A stretch of 64,000 nt of DNA from Bacillota bacterium (GCA_023443315.1 JAEZVA010000028.1:1-64000), one strand, 5' to 3'; positions 1-8,404 are shown, numbered from the stretch's first letter. The notes: generated from the sequence alone by a model not told the origin. Translations and numbers: made by a program.

Positions 1-87
1 TATTGTTTTAATAATCTGCGCAATAATCCACGAAAGAACTGCGCAGGTTAGAATATAGTTGCGCGTTAACTGCTGTAAGCTTTCCAT
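1..87 (-). CDS. 5' end (first 29 codons) of a DUF212 / divergent-PAP2-like membrane protein; continues off the window edge
   Basis: ATG at 85-87 (minus) with GGGGA about 6 nt upstream. The frame is open to position 1. Translation MESLQQLTRNYILTCAVLSWIIAQIIKTI resembles the N-terminal W..AQ..K helix of DUF212 proteins. Too short for certainty. Confidence 0.35.
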   Translation of the reverse strand, partial: MESLQQLTRNYILTCAVLSWIIAQIIKTI

Positions 88-208
88 GGCGATCCCCATT
101 TCGTCGTTTTCAGAGTAAACATCAAAACAAAATACATCGCCCAATCACTGTTTCATGGTCATTTTGTTGATGGTAATTGACGTTTACTGTTTGGGAAGAA
201 ATCGGTTG

Positions 209-1105
209 TTACCGTCTTCTGTCAGTCAGTTTATCGGTAAAACGATAGATAAAGTCATCTGAATACTCAAAGCAGGAAAGATACTGCTTCGCCCCATCGG
301 ATAGTTCGTAGGCAAGTTCTGACGCTCGTTGCACGCCGTAAAGGGTAGCAAACGTAGTTTTACTGTTTTGCACGTCGCTGCCCACGTTCTTGCCCAATTC
401 CTCGCTCGTCCCAGTGATATCAAGTATATCATCTACAATCTGAAACGACAAGCCGATTTTTTCCGAATATCTGTCTGCCGCCTGCACCTTGTCTTCATCT
501 GCCCCTGCAATCACACAGCCCATGGTAGAAGCGGCGCGAATGAGGGCGGCTGTTTTCATTGAATGGATCAGCGAAAGCGTTTGTTCGTCGGCCTGTTTTC
601 CTTCACTTGCAAGGTCAATCACCTGACCTCCCACCATTCCGTGATAGCCCGCCGCACGGGCTAAGATGCCAGCCGCGCGCAATGCACACTCAGCAGGCAC
701 AGTGTTAGACTTTACCAGCATAATCTCAAACGAATAGGTCAACAGTGCATCACCAGCCAAAAGTGCCGTGGCTTCACCATACCGTATATGGCAGGAAGGC
801 TGTCCCCTTCGCATGTCATCATCATCCATACAGGGCAGATCATCGTGGATTAAAGAGTAAGCGTGCAGCATCTCAACGGCACATGCAAACGGCAGGGCGT
901 CGTCGATACTGCCGCCACACATCCGGCAAAACTCGAGCAAGAGGATGCCGCGAATCCGTTTGCCGCCTGACAGTAGGCTGTAGCGCATCGCGTCCACTAC
1001 GTCCTGCTGCACAAGTCCCCTATCAGACAAATAGCGTTCCAGCGCCGTGTTAATAAGCTGTAGATAGTATGGCTCTCGCTGCTCTATTGTCGCAATACTG
1101 CTCAT
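209..1105 (-). CDS. ispA: Farnesyl/geranylgeranyl diphosphate synthase (trans-prenyltransferase)
   Basis: Contains both Asp-rich motifs, LIHDDLPCMDDDDMRRG and FQIVDDILD. It follows xseAB as in Bacillus. Start placed at ATG 1105 (AAAGG 7 nt upstream); the longest ORF starts at TTG 1138. Confidence 0.93.
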   Translation of the reverse strand: MSSIATIEQREPYYLQLINTALERYLSDRGLVQQDVVDAMRYSLLSGGKRIRGILLLEFCRMCGGSIDDALPFACAVEMLHAYSLIHDDLPCMDDDDMRRGQPSCHIRYGEATALLAGDALLTYSFEIMLVKSNTVPAECALRAAGILARAAGYHGMVGGQVIDLASEGKQADEQTLSLIHSMKTAALIRAASTMGCVIAGADEDKVQAADRYSEKIGLSFQIVDDILDITGTSEELGKNVGSDVQNSKTTFATLYGVQRASELAYELSDGAKQYLSCFEYSDDFIYRFTDKLTDRRR

Positions 1106-1141
1106 GTGTCCGCCTTTCCGGATAACCATGGTACCCAACTG

Positions 1142-1360
1142 TTAACTGTCGGAAACACTTTCTTTGTCGGGGGAAAGCTCCTTAATCTTCAGTTCTGCCT
1201 GCGTTAAGCTCTGTTGACACTGCGCTATGAGTATTATACCCTGCTCATACAGCTTTAACGAGGTTTCAAGGTCGATATCACCGCTTTCCAGCTTGCGAAC
1301 AATATCTTCTATCTCTTTTAGGGACGCATCAATCGGTTTTTGCTGTTCTTTTTTTCCCAT
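1142..1360 (-). CDS. xseB: Exodeoxyribonuclease VII small subunit
   Basis: Small helical protein. The segment IEDIVRKLESGDIDLETSLKLYEQG is typical XseB. It lies immediately downstream of xseA. Start at ATG 1360 (alternative TTG 1369). Confidence 0.9.
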   Translation of the reverse strand: MGKKEQQKPIDASLKEIEDIVRKLESGDIDLETSLKLYEQGIILIAQCQQSLTQAELKIKELSPDKESVSDS

Positions 1361-1365
1361 GCAGG

Positions 1366-2598
1366 TCAACCCTTTCGTTTGATTGTTGCAGGTTCCGTAC
1401 TCGCTTGCACAACGTCCGCCTCGACAAAGCCGTTTTGTACACGGATGGTAAGTCGATCGCCGGCAACAACATCCTCTGTGCTTTTTATAACATGTCTTCC
1501 TTTTAGCACAACAGCATATCCGCGTTGCAATACCCGCAGCGGGCTTAGTGAGTCAAGCAGTTCAGTGTATCCTGTTAGCCTTTGTCTGTAAGAAAACACC
1601 TTATGAAACGACGCAGCACCTAGCCTGTTTTGAAATAAGGCAAGCCGAGCATGACGGTCAAGGAGTAACCCTTGTGGGCTATTCGCCTTCAATGCTTCTT
1701 CCGCCCTGGAAACAAAAAAACGGGATAACGCAATCTTGCTTTCAGCCGCTTTGCGCATCTGATCTCGCAGCGCACGAAGCGTACTGAGTACAGCGTATCT
1801 ATCGGGAACCGCAAGCTCTGCCCCAGCAGACGGAGTGGGTGCGCGAAGATCTGCCACAAAGTCTGCAATCGTAAAATCGGTTTCGTGACCAACGGCGCTG
1901 ATGACGGGGATGACACTGTTATAAATCGCATAGGCGATGCGCTCGTCATTAAAGCAAAACAGATCCTCGTAACTGCCGCCGCCACGAGCGAGAAGGATGA
2001 CGTCCGCAGCATGAAGCACATTTACACGGCTAATTGCCTCGGAAATCTCAGTGGGTGCATCCTCCGCTTGAACGGGAACGGGGCACAACAGCAGCTCTAC
2101 AGCAGGAAAGCGACGTGCAACCACGTTGCGGATGTCCTCAATAGCAGCACCCGTCTTAGAGGTGATAACGGCAATTCTTTCAGGGAAAGGCGGTATCGGT
2201 TTTTTTCTCTCGGCATCAAACAGTCCAAGTTTTGCCATTTCAGCCTTGCGCTGTTCAAAAGCCAGCGCGAGCGCACCAATTCCTTCGGGCAGAAGGTCTG
2301 TGCAGTACAACTGGTACTGCCCGTCCCGTTCATAAACTGAAATTGCACCGCCTGCTACCACTGCCATCCCGTCCTGCGGGGTAAAACGAACGGATGAGGC
2401 ATGTGCCTTGAACATCACCGCTCGCAGTAGTGACCTATCATCCTTAAGGGTAAAATAAAAATGCCCCGAAGCGGTGTGGTATTTAAAATTAGATATTTCA
2501 CCGCGCACCATCACGCGCGTCAGGTGCTTATCCCCTTCAAGCAGCGACTTGATATAGGTCGATACCTGCGTGACGGTGAGCGTCCTCGAATAGTTCAT
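1366..2598 (-). CDS. xseA: Exodeoxyribonuclease VII large subunit
   Basis: 410 aa. N-terminal OB-fold (TVTQVSTYIKSLLEGD...VRGEISNFK) and a catalytic core typical of XseA. Adjacent to xseB. Confidence 0.93.
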   Translation of the reverse strand: MNYSRTLTVTQVSTYIKSLLEGDKHLTRVMVRGEISNFKYHTASGHFYFTLKDDRSLLRAVMFKAHASSVRFTPQDGMAVVAGGAISVYERDGQYQLYCTDLLPEGIGALALAFEQRKAEMAKLGLFDAERKKPIPPFPERIAVITSKTGAAIEDIRNVVARRFPAVELLLCPVPVQAEDAPTEISEAISRVNVLHAADVILLARGGGSYEDLFCFNDERIAYAIYNSVIPVISAVGHETDFTIADFVADLRAPTPSAGAELAVPDRYAVLSTLRALRDQMRKAAESKIALSRFFVSRAEEALKANSPQGLLLDRHARLALFQNRLGAASFHKVFSYRQRLTGYTELLDSLSPLRVLQRGYAVVLKGRHVIKSTEDVVAGDRLTIRVQNGFVEADVVQASTEPATIKRKG

Positions 2599-2599
2599 A

Positions 2600-3550
2600 T
2601 CAACCTCCGCTTAATCCGCCTGTGTGATGGATACAGCATAAAATCGCCGTGCCTGCCGCATTGTCGCTCGACAACGCAGGGCTTGCAAACAACCCGTCAA
2701 AGCGCTGCGAAAACGTTTGGCGAATCATCGAGTTTGACATCACGCCGCCAGCGTAGAGCAACGGCAATTTACCATATGCCTGAATCGCCTTTTCGGTCAT
2801 GCAAGAGAGTGTCGCCATAATATATTCGATGCAGTAACGGGCGATATCACAGGGTGGCATGCCGTCAGACAGCATGCGCGCACACTGATTCTCTACACCC
2901 GAAAGACAGCAATCCATTCCTTTTAACATCGGCTTAACAGAAAACGTACGGGTACTTTGGCTCGACAACTCGTCAAGCTCCATTCCGGCTGGAAACGATA
3001 GCCCCAGCATGCCGCCCACACGGTCGATTACCTGCCCTGCTTTCAGGTCAAGGCTACTGGCAATGCACGCGATGTCTAGGATGGTTGCTTGACTGGGGTT
3101 AACCAAAAGGCATTCGGTTGTTCCGCCAGAAACGTGAAAGGCGATAAATGGTGAGCTTAACAGGTCAAGCCGTCCCACCGAATAAAGTGCAGCCGCAATA
3201 TGGCCTGCCTGATGCGAGAACGCGTAAGCCGGAATATGAGAGGAACTCGCCACCGCCCTAGCCGAACATTCTCCGACTAAAAAGCACGGCATATACGAGC
3301 CTTGCTCGTCTCGCGGGCGAGCGGAAAAGCCTACCGCACAGGGCGATTGATCCTCCTGGGCAAACAGTCGCTGTAAAACAATCGGCAGTTGGCGAACATG
3401 GTGAAACACCGCGTCGCTCTGCCGAAGTCCCAAGTCGCCTGAATGAACAGGAAGAAGCTGCTTTTCACTTATGACTGTTCCGGTCTCGCAGTCATACAGC
3501 GCCGCAGAGGTTGTATAGTTGCTGGTATCTACCCCAAGAAAAACGGACAT
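2600..3550 (-). CDS. Kae1/TsaD-family (Gcp-like, ASKHA fold) protein; divergent paralog of unknown specificity
   Basis: Motifs: LGVDTSNYTTSAAL (phosphate-1), FSHQAGH (HxxxH), YAGGVMSN (GGVxxN) and SSDNAAGTA (DNAAxxA). Start set at ATG 3550 (MSVFLGVDTS). The track ORF extends to 3667 across the nusB 3' end and is probably over-extended. Confidence 0.75.
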   Translation of the reverse strand: MSVFLGVDTSNYTTSAALYDCETGTVISEKQLLPVHSGDLGLRQSDAVFHHVRQLPIVLQRLFAQEDQSPCAVGFSARPRDEQGSYMPCFLVGECSARAVASSSHIPAYAFSHQAGHIAAALYSVGRLDLLSSPFIAFHVSGGTTECLLVNPSQATILDIACIASSLDLKAGQVIDRVGGMLGLSFPAGMELDELSSQSTRTFSVKPMLKGMDCCLSGVENQCARMLSDGMPPCDIARYCIEYIMATLSCMTEKAIQAYGKLPLLYAGGVMSNSMIRQTFSQRFDGLFASPALSSDNAAGTAILCCIHHTGGLSGG

Positions 3551-3557
3551 ATCGGCT

Positions 3558-4076
3558 CTACTCCTGCTCCGGCTCGACGGGCGTCTCTTCCGATTCGGGT
3601 TGATTATCCGTCTCGTTGACCTCTTGCGGCGCAAGCGGTGCGACCAGTTCCTTTGCGGCAGTTCCAAGTAGACCGTTTACAAACGAATAATCCTCTTCCC
3701 CTGCGTACTTCTTTGTAATGTCTACCGCCTCATTGATGGAGACCCCCACAGGAATATCCGGCTCATACAGCATCTCGTAAAGTGCGAGACGCAAAACAGA
3801 AATGGCTACCCTAGAGATGCGATTCATCTTCCACTTGAGTGATAAACGCTCAATGTGTGCGTCAATCTCTTCGAGATGCTCCTCTACCTTCAGCGCGGTT
3901 TGCTCTGCAAACGGGTCAAGGTGCATCTCCCAGTTCTCTCGTTTTAAGTCAGGCTCATTAATAACAATTACCCTGCACTCATTGGCGAGGTCTATCAGCT
4001 CATTAACCGTCTCGTTGCGAAATGATTTTTCAAACAGCAGGATAAATGCCTGCTCTCTTGCTTCTCTGCGCGTCAT
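3558..4076 (-). CDS. nusB: Transcription antitermination factor NusB, with an acidic C-terminal tail of about 30 aa
   Basis: N-terminus MTRREAREQAFILLFE, plus ISRVAISVLRLALYEM and FVNGLLG, are typical NusB. The tail PQEVNETDNQPESEETPVEPEQE is additional. Confidence 0.92.
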   Translation of the reverse strand: MTRREAREQAFILLFEKSFRNETVNELIDLANECRVIVINEPDLKRENWEMHLDPFAEQTALKVEEHLEEIDAHIERLSLKWKMNRISRVAISVLRLALYEMLYEPDIPVGVSINEAVDITKKYAGEEDYSFVNGLLGTAAKELVAPLAPQEVNETDNQPESEETPVEPEQE

Positions 4077-4133
4077 ATTGGGTGCATCCTTTCAGAATAA
4101 GCGTGTAAAGTGCAACACCTACACGGCATATAA

Positions 4134-4166
4134 TGCAAAAGAAGCCCTCCGCCTGTGGAGGGCTTT
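4134..4166 (-). terminator. Rho-independent terminator after asp23
   Basis: On the minus strand: AAGCCCTCC-ACAGGC-GGAGGGCTT (9-bp GC-rich stem) followed by CTTTTGC. Confidence 0.8.
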
Positions 4167-4177
4167 CTAAAGTCGAT

Positions 4178-4546
4178 TTATTGATCGTTGCCCGAATCCT
4201 CGAACAAAATAGATACGATGTGCACGTTCACCTTGCTAACTGCAATCCCTGTCATGCTCTGTACCGACGCCTTAACATTGGACTGAATCTGTTGCGCAAC
4301 CTCTTGAATTTTAGCTCCCGAAGCAAGGTTAACATATACGTCAATGACCGCCACATCATCCCTAACAGTAATCCGTACCGGTTTGGGAACCACAGGTTTA
4401 GAAACAAGCCCTTTAAAGGTGGTGGGCATAGCAGCCATCTCTGCAACTCCATTTATCTCGCGTGCTGCGGTGCAAGAGATCTTAGAGAGGACCTCCTCGG
4501 AAATCTTTAGGCTTCCAACGGTGTCCTTTATCGTATTTTCCTTCAT
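4178..4546 (-). CDS. Asp23/Gls24-family alkaline shock protein
   Basis: MKENTIKDTVGSLKISEEVLSKISCTAAREINGV is a typical DUF322/Asp23 N-terminus. Start at ATG 4546 with GGAGG upstream. The track ORF up to 4696 is over-extended. Confidence 0.88.
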   Translation of the reverse strand: MKENTIKDTVGSLKISEEVLSKISCTAAREINGVAEMAAMPTTFKGLVSKPVVPKPVRITVRDDVAVIDVYVNLASGAKIQEVAQQIQSNVKASVQSMTGIAVSKVNVHIVSILFEDSGNDQ

Positions 4547-4631
4547 ATCTGCCTCCGTTTCCGCCGGATTTACCGACAAAAGATAATGGCATTGGTAGGG
4601 TTTGGTACCCTTGCCGTAAAAAAAGGTAAGC

Positions 4632-4680
4632 AAAAAATAAAAGTGGTATAATACCATTTCCTTTAATGGTATTATACCAC
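4632..4680 (-). terminator. Rho-independent terminator after spoIIIAH (perfect 15-bp palindromic stem)
   Basis: Minus strand: GTGGTATAATACCAT-TAAAGGAA-ATGGTATTATACCAC followed by TTTTATTTTTTG. The arms lie at 4643-4657 and 4666-4680. The arms also contain TGGTATAAT / TGGTATTAT extended -10-like strings. Confidence 0.8.
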
Positions 4681-4698
4681 AAAATGATGAAGACACAA

Positions 4699-5289
4699 CT
4701 ACTTTACCGGAATAATCGTGATATTTTCGGCTGGGATATCGATTTCTCCAAGAAGGATATCCTTAATCTGCGCAACCTCGGTGCTGAGCAATCCGTCGGT
4801 TTTTATCACGATGCTTGCCTTGTCGCCGTCGATGAATGCGATGCAGTCCGAGAAGCCTTTTGCCTTAATCAGGGTTTCGATGTTGTTTTCTGCGTCAATG
4901 GCTGTGGATATACTTGCCGCTGTCGTGATTGCGTTGTCCTTTTCCTCCTCGGTAATTGCGGAATCCTTCAAGATATTTTGCAGGGTTTCTACCGCCTCGT
5001 CGCGGCTCTGTTTTTTGTTTAGGCGCGCCTCGATAAAATAGTCCTCTCCGGCGTTGTTGGTTACGATGGCATCGGTCATATCGGTAATGCCGGTAACATC
5101 AATTGCATCGGCTTCTTCTTCGTCATCGCTTCCGACAAACTGCGCTTCGCCGTAATTTTTGGATGCATCTGCGTCCTCTGCGAGGGTCAGATCCTTGCCA
5201 GTTTGAGAGAACTGCCAGTTTAGGTATATCGCAATACCGAGCGCCACCACCAAGGTTGCAAGCAGTATCTGCCTTTTGCCAAACACCAT
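4699..5289 (-). CDS. spoIIIAH: Stage III sporulation protein AH
   Basis: N-terminal TM segment, an acidic linker and a C-terminal YscJ/FliF-like domain (ETLIKAKGFSD...ASIVIKTD), similar to B. subtilis SpoIIIAH. It is the last gene of the spoIIIA operon. Confidence 0.88.
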   Translation of the reverse strand: MVFGKRQILLATLVVALGIAIYLNWQFSQTGKDLTLAEDADASKNYGEAQFVGSDDEEEADAIDVTGITDMTDAIVTNNAGEDYFIEARLNKKQSRDEAVETLQNILKDSAITEEEKDNAITTAASISTAIDAENNIETLIKAKGFSDCIAFIDGDKASIVIKTDGLLSTEVAQIKDILLGEIDIPAENITIIPVK

Positions 5290-5310
5290 AAGTATGCTCC
5301 TCCCATCAGA

Positions 5311-5904
5311 TTATGAGTTTTCCAGTGCCATTCTTGTGACGCAAACACGATTTGCGCCGATGTCAAATGCGGTAGTAACCGCGTCTATAATGCGTGATTG
5401 AACTAGTTTATCATCACCGCCCTCGCATACCACAACAACTCCTTTAACCCGAGGCGCTCTTTCGGTCGCAAGCAACGCCTGCTTACCATCCGAACCATCT
5501 ACGAAGATGTAGTTTTCCTCGGTTTTATCCTTCTGCGATGTTTTTGCCTTTCCATCTTCCGATATGTCTCTGGTCACATCGGTATCGGTTTTTTGCTCTT
5601 TCGCATACACGTATTCCACGCTGGTATCCAGCGTAACCATTACCTTAGCCTGCCCTACCCCATCGATTGAGGTTACCAAAGCATATACCTGTTGTTCTAG
5701 CTTCTCATTACTCGCAGACAAGGAGCTATCAGGAGTGCCAACCTCGTTGATGGTTTTGGTTTTGGGGGCAAACAATTCCGAAAGCAATATTAACGCAATG
5801 CCCAAGATGCCGATTGTAACAATAATGCGTATCTTTTTGTCGCCTTTTGCAAGCCCGCTAAGCCATTGCCGAATGTTTATAATACTGTTGCCTTTCTCCT
5901 GCAT
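5311..5904 (-). CDS. spoIIIAG: Stage III sporulation protein AG
   Basis: One TM segment and a C-terminus VKGVVVVCEGGDDKLVQSRIIDAVTTAFDIGANRVCV, matching SpoIIIAG (cf. IRGVLVVAQG...VAV). Start at ATG 5904 with GGAGG 6 nt upstream (alternative GTG 5922). Confidence 0.88.
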   Translation of the reverse strand: MQEKGNSIINIRQWLSGLAKGDKKIRIIVTIGILGIALILLSELFAPKTKTINEVGTPDSSLSASNEKLEQQVYALVTSIDGVGQAKVMVTLDTSVEYVYAKEQKTDTDVTRDISEDGKAKTSQKDKTEENYIFVDGSDGKQALLATERAPRVKGVVVVCEGGDDKLVQSRIIDAVTTAFDIGANRVCVTRMALENS

Positions 5905-5925
5905 ATCATCCTCCACAGGCACTTG

Positions 5926-6402
5926 TTAAGACGCACCGGAAAACGTCAAAACGGTAGAGATGCCCGTCTTATCGCTTATGTATTCCCTGATTTCTGTCTC
6001 TCGCACGGCATATTCGGGCGAAAGCACAACATCTATCTGACTAATAGATATGCGGTTTTTGTCCACAGTATTATACCCAAATGAAATATTTTCGGGAGTA
6101 ACCCCTTTTTTATCAAGCAGCAAACTCACCTCGGTCTCCATCCCGTTTTGCATCTGACCGTCTACGGCAGATGTCAGATCACCCTGCACCTCGGCAAGGT
6201 GTTGTTCTGCCTTTCCACTCACACTTAGCTTCATATCCGGCAGCCTTGTAAGAACAGGCGATATAATACAGCTGAGAAAAAAAACACCGATGACAAGCCG
6301 CATCAATTTCTCTAGGCTTGTGTTGGGGACAAGCATGTGAATGATTGCTCCCGCAATTGCTGCCACACACAACGAAACCGCCCAAACCTTAATATCCGCC
6401 AT
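5926..6402 (-). CDS. spoIIIAF: Stage III sporulation protein AF
   Basis: Two N-terminal TM helices (VWAVSLCVAAIAGAIIHMLVPNTSLEKLMRLVIGVFFL) and its position in the operon. Confidence 0.85.
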   Translation of the reverse strand: MADIKVWAVSLCVAAIAGAIIHMLVPNTSLEKLMRLVIGVFFLSCIISPVLTRLPDMKLSVSGKAEQHLAEVQGDLTSAVDGQMQNGMETEVSLLLDKKGVTPENISFGYNTVDKNRISISQIDVVLSPEYAVRETEIREYISDKTGISTVLTFSGAS

Positions 6403-6429
6403 ATCGCTACCCCTTTTGTCGCAGAGTGT

Positions 6430-7587
6430 TTACGAACCGACCGAACTGATGGTCAAAACAACGGTAGTGGAAACAATCATTAGAACCGCAAAGCAGAGAA
6501 TAACGGTGACAAGCAGCGTAATTGCGGTGGAACAGCTGTTTAGTACCTCGCTTACCTGCTTTAGCTCAAAAATCTCGCTCACAGCCGCAGCTACCTTTAG
6601 TGTAAGCATCCATACAAGTGCCTCAAGCAATACAGGTAAAAAGATCATTGCTGCGGCTAGGATGCCGAATACCCCGACAACGCTTTTTAGCAGAAGCAGA
6701 CAGCCGCTAACCGAGGTCATCGCGTCAGCCAGAGCTCCGCCAACCACAGGAATAAACGAGCCGATTAGAAACTTGCCCGTACGCACAGCAACATTATCTA
6801 TCCCTGAGCTTACCAAGGTTTGAACGCTGAGTAATGCGACAAATACTGTAATAATAAAGCCAAGCACCCAAGACGCGACGCTCTTTATCATCTTCGCGGC
6901 TCCAGACAGATTAACCTGTGGAGAGACTGCGGCAACAATGCAAAACGCAAGATAGATACCGAGCAAAGGTACCACTGTTACAGTGGCAATCTGGGACGTT
7001 ACCTCTGCCGCGCCAAACAAAAGCAGGTTATAGGCGGACGCCGTACCCGGCTGACCAGAAACCGCCATAATCCCCGAAAGAACAGGCACAAACGATAGCA
7101 TGAAATTACTGCAGTCGTAGATTGCGGCAGATGCCTTTTGAATGCAGTTCATAACTGGAACAATGACGGAACCAACAATACATAGCACCGCAACGGTATT
7201 AAACACATTGCCCAGTGATTTTTGCAAAAAGCCCTCTTTAAACCCGTCAATTAAAGAACACAGAAGAATGATACCCAGCACCGAAAAGAAGATGACCTGC
7301 GGCTTAGAAACAGTATCCTTGACCATGGCAAAAACCAAGCCGAAAAATTCCCCCGGCTGGAGCGACAGGATACTGCCTGCCGATATATCGTCGATTCCAA
7401 TGGAATCAAGGTATGTCTTCGTATCATCCGAGAGCATCCACCACAGCTCGTCCGCGCCGCTTGCCTCTAGCTGTTCTTCGAACATTCCTTCCTGCACGGC
7501 ATCAGGTATTTCGTTATCCTCGGCATAGACCGAAACCGAGAACAGCAATATAAAAAGTATGGTTACAAGCAGCTTGATTCTAATCAA
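6430..7587 (-). CDS. spoIIIAE: Stage III sporulation protein AE
   Basis: Signal peptide followed by a polytopic membrane protein. The segment TGKFLIGSFIPVVGGALADA matches SpoIIIAE (TAKFITGNFIPVLGRMFTDA). Start set at TTG 7587 (AAAGGGA 9 nt upstream). The track start, TTG 7626, has no RBS. Confidence 0.88.
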   Translation of the reverse strand: MIRIKLLVTILFILLFSVSVYAEDNEIPDAVQEGMFEEQLEASGADELWWMLSDDTKTYLDSIGIDDISAGSILSLQPGEFFGLVFAMVKDTVSKPQVIFFSVLGIILLCSLIDGFKEGFLQKSLGNVFNTVAVLCIVGSVIVPVMNCIQKASAAIYDCSNFMLSFVPVLSGIMAVSGQPGTASAYNLLLFGAAEVTSQIATVTVVPLLGIYLAFCIVAAVSPQVNLSGAAKMIKSVASWVLGFIITVFVALLSVQTLVSSGIDNVAVRTGKFLIGSFIPVVGGALADAMTSVSGCLLLLKSVVGVFGILAAAMIFLPVLLEALVWMLTLKVAAAVSEIFELKQVSEVLNSCSTAITLLVTVILCFAVLMIVSTTVVLTISSVGS

Positions 7588-7636
7588 TTCGAAACATCCC
7601 TTTATGTAAATATCACGGCATTGCAATTTTTAATTA

Positions 7637-7697
7637 TCTTTGCAAAAAACGTATCACAAATTAATCAGACGCTTTGATATATGCGCTTCTGCAAAGA
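7637..7697. repeat. Imperfect 14-15 bp inverted repeat in the spoIIIAD-spoIIIAE gap
   Basis: Arms are TCTTTGCAAAAAACG (7637-7651) and CGCTTCTGCAAAGA (7684-7697). The outer 8 bp, TCTTTGCA/TGCAAAGA, are perfect. As minus-strand RNA it gives 14 pairs (2 G-U, 1 bulge) with a loop of about 32 nt. Confidence 0.6.
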
Positions 7698-7729
7698 TTT
7701 CTCTCCACCTTTTTAGATGAAGGCTGCTA

Positions 7730-8122
7730 CTACGATGCATTGATAAGAGACCTTGCAATATTTAAAATTCGCTCAAACAGTGGAAGCGCACTAAGCAGTA
7801 CGGCGATTTTCCCCGCCGTTTCTACCTTTGAAGCGATAGAGACGGCGCCCGAGTCGCGGCAGACATCCGCCGCAAACTGAGTAACAAAGCAGATCCCAAG
7901 TGCTTTAAGCAGGATTACTAGGTACTCACTGTTAATTCCAGTCTCCGCCACAAGCTCCCTAATCTCGGCAATGATCGGTGCGCTTGCCAGAATTACAAAT
8001 AGCAGAATAATTATACCGGCACCCAAATTTACCGCAAGTGAATACTCGGGCTTGTACTGTTTAATCAAAACCGAGATAGCCGTAGCAACAATAGCCACTC
8101 CCGCAATAGTCAAGATATCCAT
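7730..8122 (-). CDS. spoIIIAD: Stage III sporulation protein AD
   Basis: 130-aa four-TM protein. MDILTIAGVAIVATAISVLIKQYKPEYSL is a typical SpoIIIAD N-terminus. Confidence 0.9.
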   Translation of the reverse strand: MDILTIAGVAIVATAISVLIKQYKPEYSLAVNLGAGIIILLFVILASAPIIAEIRELVAETGINSEYLVILLKALGICFVTQFAADVCRDSGAVSIASKVETAGKIAVLLSALPLFERILNIARSLINAS

Positions 8123-8124
8123 TG

Positions 8125-8319
8125 CTATAACCCAAATACGCTTTTAACAGTCTCAAACAGGTTGCTGATTTCGTAGATAATCATCATCAGCACAACAATA
8201 AGCCCTGCTAGTGTCGTCATCATGGCCTGTTCCTCTCGCCCAGAGCGAATTAACACCTGATTGAGCACCGCTACGATGATGCCAATTGCCGCAATCTTAA
8301 AGATCAAATCTACTTCCAT
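8125..8319 (-). CDS. spoIIIAC: Stage III sporulation protein AC
   Basis: 64-aa two-TM protein. IFKIAAIGIIVAVLNQVLIRSGREEQA is a typical SpoIIIAC segment. Confidence 0.9.
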   Translation of the reverse strand: MEVDLIFKIAAIGIIVAVLNQVLIRSGREEQAMMTTLAGLIVVLMMIIYEISNLFETVKSVFGL

Positions 8320-8404
8320 ACCCGCTACTCCGTTTCACCAATTTTATTAATTTATGAGCTTTTTACTGTCATACACAATGGCTATGCATCTTGAGGTATG
8401 GTTA

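Noticed and set aside
88-208. An imperfect long inverted repeat (AGTAAAC...CATCAACAAAAT // ATTTTGTTTTGATG..TTTACT) between ispA and the DUF212-like gene.
   Set aside because: It has several bulges, is AT-rich and has no U-tract. I cannot tell it apart from chance pairing in a 120-nt AT-rich spacer without comparative data.
3551-3667. N-terminal extensions of track ORFs. This one is the TsaD-like ORF running into nusB. The same occurs at 4547-4696, 26497-26571, 32224-32253, 44187-44285, 50451-50513, 21110-21145 and 61475-61531.
   Set aside because: The extensions lack ribosome-binding sites, overlap upstream genes or terminators, and precede an internal ATG that has a good SD and a family-typical N-terminus. 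I treat them as artefacts of longest-ORF calling, not as novel domains.
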